From the IMG/VR virus record IMGVR_UViG_3300047160_005525, positions 1 to 64,000 of that record: a stretch of 64,000 bases of DNA. The stretch is one strand, 5' to 3'. This document shows positions 56,836-64,000 of the stretch, one piece after another. The DNA comes from a virus. Lineage: Duplodnaviria; Caudoviricetes. The notes under the pieces are model-generated. The model was not told where the DNA came from. It searched no databases and saw nothing but the letters and a program-made list of their open reading frames with translations. The translations under genes and the position numbers were made by a program. How positions within the stretch are numbered: position 1 is the stretch's first letter; each line of letters opens with the position of its first letter.

Positions 56836-57117
56836 GACGCTTCATGCAAGTGCATGACGCTATTTCCTGGCCAGGCCATCGGCAGGCCATCGCCTCGGCA
56901 GATTTTGCAAGAAACCCGCATGGAATGGGCAGAAGTCGAAAAGATCACCCTCCCCACAAGGGGGAGGGGCGATCATATGGCATGATATGGGATGATACTT
57001 GGTTGTCAACTAAGTACTTGACTTTCCGAGGCGAAAGTCCACATCTATCAATGACGCTTCATGGAGCTTCATGGCTCGCCTGGCCATGGACAGGCCACCA
57101 GAGAGAAGGATCGGAAG

Positions 57118-58389
57118 ATGACCAGCTTCAAGCCCAAGGATCTGCAGACGCCCGGAGGGCGCCGCGGATTACTCCCTCGCCCCAAATGCTACTTCGTCTC
57201 GCTGTGCCCCGGTGTCTCGCTTGGTTACCGTCGCCTCGCGGATGTAGCCGGCGCGCCGCGCGCGGGCGCCTGGACGCTGCGCAAGGCTGACGGCAAGGGT
57301 GGCGGCTGCCCCAAGGGTTTCGCCGTCGCCGACGACGTCGTGCAGGCCAACGGCAACGAGATCCTGACCTACAAGCAGGCCGTCGCCAAGGCGCTGGCTT
57401 TCGCCGGCGGCACCACTGCCCAGGATGATCCCCCGATCACCGTCGCTATGGCCATCCTCGACTACACCAAGTCGCTGATCGAACGCGGCCGCCGTCCCTA
57501 CAACGCGACCCGCCTTTGGCGCCTCGACAAGGACGGCAATCCAATTCCCGGTCTGGTTCCGGCCTGGCTAGCTGATCGCCAAGTCGGCGCCCTAACGATC
57601 AAGGAGCTTGAGCGGTGGCGCGAGAGTCTCGGCTACAAGCACAAGGGCACCCTCAATCGCACCATCAAGCCGCTCAAGAAGGCGCTGAACCGCGCTGCCG
57701 CGCGCGATCACCGTATCACCAACACGCATGTGTGGAGCGGTGCGGAAAGCGGCTTGCCGCTCATTCCCAAGGCTGACGGCGTGCGCCGCGTCTTTCTTGA
57801 GCCGGCTCAGGTGAATGCGCTGATCGATGCTGCATACGCGTATGAGGCCGATCGCGGCTTTGGCTTGTTCGTGGAAACTGGCGCCGAAACTGGCGCGCGC
57901 CCGAGCCAGCTATGGAAACTCAAGGTCTCCAGCCTCAACGGCAACCGCGTGATGATGCCGCCGTCCAAGAAGGGGCCAGATGGCAAGGATCTGCCTCCAG
58001 TCGCGGTCCCCATCACTCCGGTCCTGGCCGCCAAGCTTCGCGAGGCGGCGGGGCGCCGCAGCCCCAGCGAGCCGCTCCTGCTTCGCGATGAGCGCTTCGA
58101 GCAGCGTGAATGGGTGAGCGACAACGGCGCTTGGATAGATCCCTTCAACGCAATCGTCGCCAAAGTCCGCGAGCAGATGGAGTTGCCCGCGGACGTCACC
58201 TACTACGCGCTTCGCCACTCCACCGCGAAGCGACAGATCCGGGCTGGCATTGATCTGGTCACCATCGCCCAGCGCCTGGAGACCAGCGTGGCCACGTTGC
58301 AGAAGCACTACGCTGCCGCCATCAGCGAAATCGCCGGCGATGACACGGTCGGGCTACTCGAACGCCCCGCGCTCCGCGTAGTCGCATGA
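57118..58389 (+). CDS. int: tyrosine integrase
   Basis: N-terminal arm-binding segment (SLGYRR..GAWTLR); ETGARPSQL, YALRHS, TSVATLQKHY catalytic motifs. Confidence 0.92.
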   Translation: MTSFKPKDLQTPGGRRGLLPRPKCYFVSLCPGVSLGYRRLADVAGAPRAGAWTLRKADGKGGGCPKGFAVADDVVQANGNEILTYKQAVAKALAFAGGTTAQDDPPITVAMAILDYTKSLIERGRRPYNATRLWRLDKDGNPIPGLVPAWLADRQVGALTIKELERWRESLGYKHKGTLNRTIKPLKKALNRAAARDHRITNTHVWSGAESGLPLIPKADGVRRVFLEPAQVNALIDAAYAYEADRGFGLFVETGAETGARPSQLWKLKVSSLNGNRVMMPPSKKGPDGKDLPPVAVPITPVLAAKLREAAGRRSPSEPLLLRDERFEQREWVSDNGAWIDPFNAIVAKVREQMELPADVTYYALRHSTAKRQIRAGIDLVTIAQRLETSVATLQKHYAAAISEIAGDDTVGLLERPALRVVA

Positions 58390-58525
58390 CTCCACTGCGG
58401 AGCACGGTGCATAACCATGATGAATGCAGTTGAATGTGACATCACTCTGCGTCACTCTGATGGATGTTCCGAATCGACGACGAGACCGGTTCGGGATGTC
58501 TCTTCATTGTTCAACGGAGTTTCCC

Positions 58526-58732
58526 ATGCCGGGACGCAAGCATGGGCCGCGGACGGCTACGCCGTCAGCTGCTTATACGATTCAAGAATTCTGCGACGCT
58601 TACAGGATCTCGACAGGCTTCTACTACAAGCTTCGGGACAGCGGTCGCGGGCCAAAAGAGATGCGCCTCGGCAAGCGGATCTTGATTTCGGTCGAGGCCG
58701 CCCAAGCTTGGCGACGGGCGCAGGAGCGTTGA
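58526..58732 (+). CDS. excisionase/AlpA-like HTH protein
   Basis: YTIQEFCDAYRISTGFYYKLRDSGRGP..RLGKRILIS. Confidence 0.8.
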   Translation: MPGRKHGPRTATPSAAYTIQEFCDAYRISTGFYYKLRDSGRGPKEMRLGKRILISVEAAQAWRRAQER

Positions 58733-58759
58733 CCCACGGCGCCGTCATACGACACTGCT

Positions 58760-58954
58760 TCAAACTCGATCTTCCGGGCTTCGCCTATAGCGGCCAACGC
58801 CGTACTTCGGAACGCGCAGCCCTTCCTCGGTCAGGATTTGGGCTACTCGCTGGGGCGAGACCCCGAGCTTTCTGGCGATGTCTGAGGCCGTCAATTTGGT
58901 GTCGGCATTGATCAGATCGATGATTTTCTGCCTTGTCGTAAGTTGCTGTTTCAT
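58760..58954 (-). CDS. winged-HTH regulator
   Basis: LTASDIARKLGVSPQRVAQIL. Confidence 0.8.
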   Translation of the reverse strand: MKQQLTTRQKIIDLINADTKLTASDIARKLGVSPQRVAQILTEEGLRVPKYGVGRYRRSPEDRV

Positions 58955-58979
58955 AATGGAATTATCCTCTTTTGACCCC

Positions 58980-59008
58980 CTTGAAAGTTTCAAGATCTAG
59001 CCTATATA
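58980..59008 (+). promoter_or_regulatory. sigma70-type promoter with overlapping palindromic operator
   Basis: CTTGAA-N17-CTATAT (rhizobial consensus CTTGAC-N17-CTATAT); perfect inverted repeat CTTGAAA-GT-TTTCAAG. Confidence 0.7.
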
Positions 59009-59014
59009 TAGGGT

Positions 59015-59870
59015 GCAGGGAGAGATGGCGAAAGCCCCCTCCCCTCCTTTCGGCCCCGCCAGCGGCAAGAGGTCCAGGTGCTGGCACGGTAGAGCCCGGC
59101 TCCCTTGGGACGAAGCGGAACACCGCCGCCCTCGCTGAGACACCCCGGTAACGGCCGTCGATCTCCCAGAAAGATCATGCGTGAACGCGCTGGCTGGGTG
59201 ACCGCTGAAGGCGAGAGCCTCGGCAAGGATAACAGAGAGAAACGCCCCGGAGCGAATGCCGGGGCTTTCTTCATTGGCGACCAGCAGTAATCAAACATCT
59301 CGCCCTAACCGGCGAGCTTGGGCGGATTAAAGCGCACCACGGCCGTGGACGACCGCCACCGCTGGTCACCAATGAAGAGCTTTACTGAAAGCCTGAAGCA
59401 ACCGGAGAAAACGAAAGGCCCGGCGGGTTCCAACTCCGCCCAAGAGGTCGCGTGAACGGTGATTGCCCGAGGCTTTCGGACGTGCTCAGAGCGCCCCTCT
59501 GAGAGCCGTTGGCGCGGGAATTCAAAGGCCCGCTCGCGAACGGCACAGAAAACCGCAAATGCACTGGCCGCGATGACCAAATGGATATCCCATCGCGCGC
59601 GGAACACGCCAGTCGAGAGCAAAGTCGCTCCCCCGGTAGCATCGCGCCGGACACCCCGAGACGATGACGTGAGCGGGACACGTAAGAGCCCGTCGGTTCT
59701 ATCGCCCGAGGCTAATCGGGTCCGATGACAGGTTAGCAGGTAGCGTGACAGGTCCCGACCTCCGAGAGTGGGCGGGACATTCCCAAGCAGCGGCGAGCGT
59801 CATTGCCCTTGGCACGGCCAGCGATGGCCGATGGCGTGCTCCGCTGTGAGACACCGCTGCTTCGGAATCG
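59015..59870 (+). ncRNA. candidate large structured non-coding RNA/leader (~850 nt)
   Basis: No convincing ORF; dense nested hairpins, GNRA loops and long-range helices. Confidence 0.55.
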
Positions 59871-59884
59871 AAAGGAGAACTTCA

Positions 59885-60055
59885 ATGACTCAACGCAAGA
59901 AGCAGCATCCATTGCTGGCTCGCGCTCGCGCTTACTATCGGTTGGCGTGGCGGCGCGGCGTCAGCGCTCAACAAGCCGAAACGTATCAGCGGATCGCTGA
60001 TCAATTGGTACGCGAGGCTCGACGTCAACGTGAACGGCAAGCTCACATGAAGTGA
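59885..60055 (+). CDS. small basic hypothetical protein
   Basis: AAGGAG RBS. Confidence 0.6.
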   Translation: MTQRKKQHPLLARARAYYRLAWRRGVSAQQAETYQRIADQLVREARRQRERQAHMK

Positions 60056-60139
60056 TTGCAGATCATGCCGCAGTAAGCGCTTCGTCCCCCAACAGCGCCT
60101 CTGCCGCGGCATGCACGGCAATCAAGCCGATGGAAGGAA

Positions 60140-60511
60140 ATGACAATGGACCTCTTGAATCATGCTCGCACCCCGGCCGAGTTTGCAAAGCTGTGGGAAA
60201 CTGCGAAGACCGCCGGCCAGGCGGCTGCCGAAGAGCAGGACCGCAAGCTCGGCAATGAGAATTGCCGCGGTCTCGACTGCGGCTTTGCTTGGGTGACGAT
60301 GCCCGGAAATATCCCGTTTGCTCGATGGGCAAAGAAGATGGGCATTGCCAGCAAGTCGTATCCGAGTGGCTTGTCTATTTGGTACAGCAAGCTGCACAGC
60401 TTGCCCACGCAATCGGTCAGCGTTCACGAAGCTGCCGCGCGCGCTGCACGCGACGTGCTCGCGCACGGTTTGCAATCCTCGCTGATCGGCATGGGCTCGC
60501 GGCTCGACTGA
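60140..60511 (+). CDS. hypothetical early protein
   Basis: GAAGGA RBS; CGFAWV motif. Confidence 0.7.
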   Translation: MTMDLLNHARTPAEFAKLWETAKTAGQAAAEEQDRKLGNENCRGLDCGFAWVTMPGNIPFARWAKKMGIASKSYPSGLSIWYSKLHSLPTQSVSVHEAAARAARDVLAHGLQSSLIGMGSRLD

Positions 60512-60514
60512 ATA

Positions 60515-60903
60515 AAGCGCCGCCTACGGGCGGCGTCATTGTTCAGCACGAAGGAGAAAGCAATGATCAGTTTGATTGTGAAAGGTAACCGCTACGAAGC
60601 CGGCTATGCAGCCGCGCAGCATGGCGTCCCGTTCGCGTTCCGGCGTGAAGTAGTGCGAGCAGGTAGCAAGACTGGCGAGACAGTCGGTCTTACTGCCTCC
60701 GAGAATCGCGACAACGTCGTCAAATGGTTTGGCGATGGCTCGCGCATTGCGCCGTTTCCTGTCGGTACGTTGTTGCTGTTTACCGAGTTGTGAACGGAGC
60801 GCTCCGCCTCGCCCTCGGCGGAGATCGCGAGACTACGGGCACGTAAGCACTAAGCGCCCTCTTCGGAGGGCGTCATAGTGTTTATGAAAGGAGAAAGCAA
60901 TGA
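60515..60903 (+). repeat. two copies of hairpin+RBS intergenic module (60515-60566, 60852-60903)
   Basis: AAGCGCC..loop..GGCGTCATWGT..AAGGAGAAAGCAATGA. Confidence 0.75.
60563..60793 (+). CDS. hypothetical protein
   Basis: AAGGAG RBS. Confidence 0.65.
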   Translation: MISLIVKGNRYEAGYAAAQHGVPFAFRREVVRAGSKTGETVGLTASENRDNVVKWFGDGSRIAPFPVGTLLLFTEL

Positions 60904-61136
60904 CCAGAGATGCAAAGCAGATTGTGAAACGGTTCGCCTCTGCGATCGCAGCGGCGTCCATGTTCACTCCAGAAGACATGCGCCAAGCGGCGGCTCATAT
61001 CCGCAGCCTTGAGTTCTCCGCCGATGATAATGACGCAGAGCGCTCAGCGATCAATACCTTCGCGCACTTTTTGGAAAAACGCGCCGAAGAACGAGAGCGG
61101 TCGTACCGCGCCGCTTTCGGAAAGGAGAGCGCATGA
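60900..61136 (+). CDS. hypothetical protein
   Basis: AAGGAG RBS. Confidence 0.65.
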   Translation: MTRDAKQIVKRFASAIAAASMFTPEDMRQAAAHIRSLEFSADDNDAERSAINTFAHFLEKRAEERERSYRAAFGKESA

Positions 61137-61305
61137 CCATCAAAATCCCCAAGGGCCGTTGGCGCAAACGCATCAGCGATGAACGCATGCTTGAGGTTGG
61201 CACGGCGTATCGCGAGCGGGCCAAGAAACTGCAAAGCCGGCCAGCAACCGTCGTCGAGTCACCGAAAGCAAAGCTGCAACGTGAACTCAAAGAAAGGAAA
61301 AGCAC

Positions 61306-61866
61306 ATGACAACCCGATATCTCAGTTGCGCCGAGACTGCCAAGCTGATCCGCGTGGCACTCAAGAAGGCGTTCCCTGGCGTCAAGTTCTCCGTGCGATC
61401 GAGCACCTATTCCATGGGCGCCTCGATCCGCGTCGGCTGGACCGATGGCCCGACCACTAAGGCGGTCGACGCTGTCGTCCAGGTCTACAGCGGCGCCGGC
61501 TTCGACGGCATGATCGACCTGAAGTATCACAAGTCGGCATGGCTGATGCCGGATGGCAGCGCGACGTTTGCGAAAACGTCCGGGACCGCCGGCTCGATGG
61601 GCACTGTCGAAAGTGCTCAAGAGATGCAGCCTTCGTCGAAGGCCGAGCAAGTCCACTTCGGCGCCGATTACGTGTTCACCGAGCGGCGTCATTCATTGCC
61701 AGTCTACACCGCGGCAGTGAAGCAACTCTGCGACGACTACGGCCAGCCAATGCCAGAAATCGTCAACGGCCACTGCGGCCCGTACATCAAAACCAACGAC
61801 TGGCGCTTTGCCGACACCGGCCAAGACCTGTCGACGCTTGTTCACCGCGCGTTGCAAGACGCGTGA
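61306..61866 (+). CDS. LPD29-like domain protein
   Basis: AKLIRVALKKAFPGVKFSVRSSTYSMGASIRVGWTDGPT..GFDGMID, recalled as large polyvalent protein-associated domain 29. Confidence 0.7.
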   Translation: MTTRYLSCAETAKLIRVALKKAFPGVKFSVRSSTYSMGASIRVGWTDGPTTKAVDAVVQVYSGAGFDGMIDLKYHKSAWLMPDGSATFAKTSGTAGSMGTVESAQEMQPSSKAEQVHFGADYVFTERRHSLPVYTAAVKQLCDDYGQPMPEIVNGHCGPYIKTNDWRFADTGQDLSTLVHRALQDA

Positions 61867-61930
61867 ATACCGCAGAGCCCGTCATGTTGGCGGGCTCGAC
61901 GGTGTTCATTCGAACATCACCAAGTAAGAG

Positions 61931-62176
61931 GTGTTGATAATGATCCACGATAAATACGACGGCCGCAAGGTTCGCATCCCGCAACCGAAAAGCGGTTGGG
62001 TAAATCCGTTCGCTGGAAAGATCGGCGACGTCAAATACGCGGGCTGGGATGATTGGTATTACGTCTTCGTCGACGGCAAGTACCTCGTCAAAGCTCAGGC
62101 CCACGAGATAGCACGCGATCTCTTATCAGAAAGAGAAGGAGAAAATGACACGACGATCAAGGAGAAAGGACTATGA
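61931..62176 (+). CDS. hypothetical protein
   Basis: Coupled ORF. Confidence 0.6.
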   Translation: MLIMIHDKYDGRKVRIPQPKSGWVNPFAGKIGDVKYAGWDDWYYVFVDGKYLVKAQAHEIARDLLSEREGENDTTIKEKGL

Positions 62177-62706
62177 ACATCACAATCGAGCACGCCTATG
62201 GCATTGGCATCAATGGCATCTATCACGTCTTTCGGGACGGAAAGCAGGTTGCCTACATGCAGCGGAGTGGGCGCTCAACTTGGATAATCTACAGCCTGCA
62301 CTATAACGAGCGCCTTGCATCTGCAGGGTCTATCGATCTCGCCCGCGCCCGTGCAATGGAGCTTAATTATCCGTCAGCATGGGAAGTTTACGAGCGCCTT
62401 TGCGAGCGCGTTGCCGTAAGACGCAAGGAAGAATTGGAAGCTGCTCACGCCCATGATCTTGCTCGCCTCGCGCGGGAGATCATCAATGGCTCGAACTTTG
62501 CGCATGATGAACTCGCACGGTTAATGCATCGCATCGATACGCTGACGGCGGATCGTAGCGATAACGGGCCGCGCGATTCATCCGGCAATTGGATCAAGAA
62601 CTACAATCGTCCTCACGACTACGGCATTCAGTTGTATCCGGTGCCGCCTGCCGTGAAGACCGAAGAGACACATCGGCCTTATGGCGAAAGCTATGCATCA
62701 CCGTGA
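62173..62706 (+). CDS. hypothetical protein
   Basis: GGAG RBS, coupled. Confidence 0.65.
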   Translation: MNITIEHAYGIGINGIYHVFRDGKQVAYMQRSGRSTWIIYSLHYNERLASAGSIDLARARAMELNYPSAWEVYERLCERVAVRRKEELEAAHAHDLARLAREIINGSNFAHDELARLMHRIDTLTADRSDNGPRDSSGNWIKNYNRPHDYGIQLYPVPPAVKTEETHRPYGESYASP

Positions 62707-62770
62707 ATACCGCAGAAGCCCATCGCGTTGATGGGCTCGACGGTGTTCATCGCAACCGAAGGAGAATGAA

Positions 62771-63031
62771 ATGACCCGCAAAGACAGAGTTACCGAGCTT
62801 GCGGCGATCAATCTCGCCGCTGGCGCCGAGGCCGAGCAGATCGGCACGCGCAATCTCACCGCCGCGCTCGAAACTCTCATCGATCGGCATAGCGTCAAGG
62901 CTGTGCTGCTCGATCTGGCTTTCATCTGCCATGACAAGGCAGAAGCCTTTCCGCACGACAAGCGTCAGCGCCTGCGTTGGCGTCTGGCTAGCATGCTCTG
63001 CGACAAGGCCCAACTCAAAGTGGAGGTGTAA
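62771..63031 (+). CDS. hypothetical protein
   Basis: AAGGAG RBS. Confidence 0.65.
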   Translation: MTRKDRVTELAAINLAAGAEAEQIGTRNLTAALETLIDRHSVKAVLLDLAFICHDKAEAFPHDKRQRLRWRLASMLCDKAQLKVEV

Positions 63032-63032
63032 C

Positions 63033-63302
63033 ATGGGACAATTCAAAAAGGTTGAGCCGTCCGGCGAGGCCTTCATCATCGGTGGAGGTGGCGTCGAGAA
63101 AAATACGGTCGACGTTCGCATCATCAACCAAGGCAGCATGGTGGGTTTCGTGCCGATCACTACTGCGGCCCAAGCGTGGTTTGACGAGCACGTTCATTCG
63201 GAAGGCTGGCAATGGCTCGGCAATGCGCTTTGGGTCGACCATCGGTATGCCCGCGATCTCACTGCCGGGCTCGCTGATGCCGGCATGGAGTTGCGGTCAT
63301 GA
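63033..63302 (+). CDS. hypothetical protein
   Basis: GGAGG RBS; WQWLGNALWVDHRY motif. Confidence 0.65.
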   Translation: MGQFKKVEPSGEAFIIGGGGVEKNTVDVRIINQGSMVGFVPITTAAQAWFDEHVHSEGWQWLGNALWVDHRYARDLTAGLADAGMELRS

Positions 63303-63547
63303 GGCACCTGCGATTCGTTCTTGGCATAATCGGCATTTGGGTGCTCATGATCGGAGCAGTCGTCGCCTTCGTGATGATCCCAGACAAATGGGAACGCGCG
63401 GGATGGCGTGAGGCAGTTCTGATTAAAATTTGTCCTGGTCGTATCCCCATCGTGCGATTGCCCAATGGCGAAGTGTGGGCGCGAATGAGTTGGTCGCTAC
63501 GGTACAAAATCGAAGATGAAGCCAAGATATGCAGGACAAGAACATGA
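63299..63547 (+). CDS. small membrane protein
   Basis: N-terminal TM helix. Confidence 0.6.
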   Translation: MRHLRFVLGIIGIWVLMIGAVVAFVMIPDKWERAGWREAVLIKICPGRIPIVRLPNGEVWARMSWSLRYKIEDEAKICRTRT

Positions 63548-63783
63548 AACTCAAACACCAGCACGAACCGTTCACCGCCCAGGAGGCCGCCCAACAAGCG
63601 GCCTTCGAGGCGGGGGTCGACCATTTTCGCGAGGACCCCGAAGCCGACATGACGACAATTCACCGCCGGGCTTCGAGCATCTATCCCGACAGCAAGGACG
63701 ATGCCCTCGCCTATGCCTATGGCTATCTCGCGGCGCGACTTAAGCGTGAGGAATTCCTTCGCGAGAAGCGTGGCGCTTCCTAG
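63544..63783 (+). CDS. hypothetical protein
   Basis: Coupled ORF. Confidence 0.6.
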   Translation: MKLKHQHEPFTAQEAAQQAAFEAGVDHFREDPEADMTTIHRRASSIYPDSKDDALAYAYGYLAARLKREEFLREKRGAS

Positions 63784-63998
63784 ATTTTTTCCTTCAGCGC
63801 CTCGAACGGTGACCGCGGCGTATCATCACCAGCTACAAGCGCGGATTTGTCGTGACGCTTGGTGATGTGGTCATGGCGCCCATTGTTGCACTCACGGCAC
63901 GCGGCGACGATGTTTCCCATCTCGGTCTTGCCGCCGGCGTGCTCGGGAACGAGGTGATCGGCGGTGCAGAACCGCGGGTGCGTGGGCTCAACGTCGGT
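63780..63998 (-). CDS. HNH endonuclease, C-terminal part (gene runs off the window end)
   Basis: Manual translation: TADHLVPEHAGGKTEMGNIVAACRECNNGRH. Confidence 0.8.
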   Translation of the reverse strand, partial: TDVEPTHPRFCTADHLVPEHAGGKTEMGNIVAACRECNNGRHDHITKRHDKSALVAGDDTPRSPFEALKEKI

Positions 63999-64000
63999 GC

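Larger units (their letters stand above)
61863..62750 (+). repeat. two copies of a structured intergenic element (61863-61909, 62703-62750)
   Basis: GTGAATACCGCAGA(A)GCCC-loop-GGGCTCGACGGTGTTCAT, each starting at a TGA stop. Confidence 0.8.

Noticed and set aside
59015-59870. Structured region as tRNA cluster, tmRNA, RNase P or group II intron
   Set aside because: I could not identify cloverleaf/T-loop, tag-peptide, P4 or domain V signatures by eye.
1-64000. An effector gene (RAMP/Cas7-like) for the pentamer cassettes
   Set aside because: No ORF shows a recognisable RAMP glycine-rich loop. The genome extends beyond the window (terminase is also absent), so it may lie elsewhere; small hypothetical ORFs cannot be excluded without structure searches.

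Overview
GC-rich tailed temperate phage DNA, probably infecting a Bradyrhizobium/Rhizobiales-type alphaproteobacterium (host inferred from protein style). The window appears to be unintegrated phage sequence, because the integrase has phage genes on both sides; no terminase is present. Layout: 1-49.2 kb is a + strand late region with an HK97-type head (protease-capsid fusion, a second capsid paralog, portal), a Mu-like contractile tail (sheath split by a group I intron, tube, chaperones, TWO tandem tape-measure paralogs, gp43-48 baseplate, fibres), several free-standing homing endonucleases and an endolysin. 49.3-56.8 kb holds small - strand accessory genes. 57-59 kb holds integrase, Xis-like and HTH genes. 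59.0-59.9 kb is an ORF-poor, highly structured leader (candidate large ncRNA), and 59.9-63.8 kb holds small early genes. Main observation: five dispersed non-coding cassettes, each a GC-rich hairpin plus 12-15 strict 5-bp units, (RCC-NN)n on + and (NN-GGY)n on -. When the variable NN pairs are read as a gapped code (NN.NN.NN), four of the five spell codon positions 1-2 of a diverged allele of the gene next door (collagen-like head protein, endolysin, Ig-like protein, a small hypothetical gene). This suggests single-guide RNAs with a wobble-skipping code aimed at related competitor phages. It resembles my recollection of VIPR-type GGY/NN RNAs, which I cannot verify here; no effector gene is recognisable in the window. 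Also notable: AUU start codons on two adjacent baseplate genes and a putative virion-packaged polyvalent effector.
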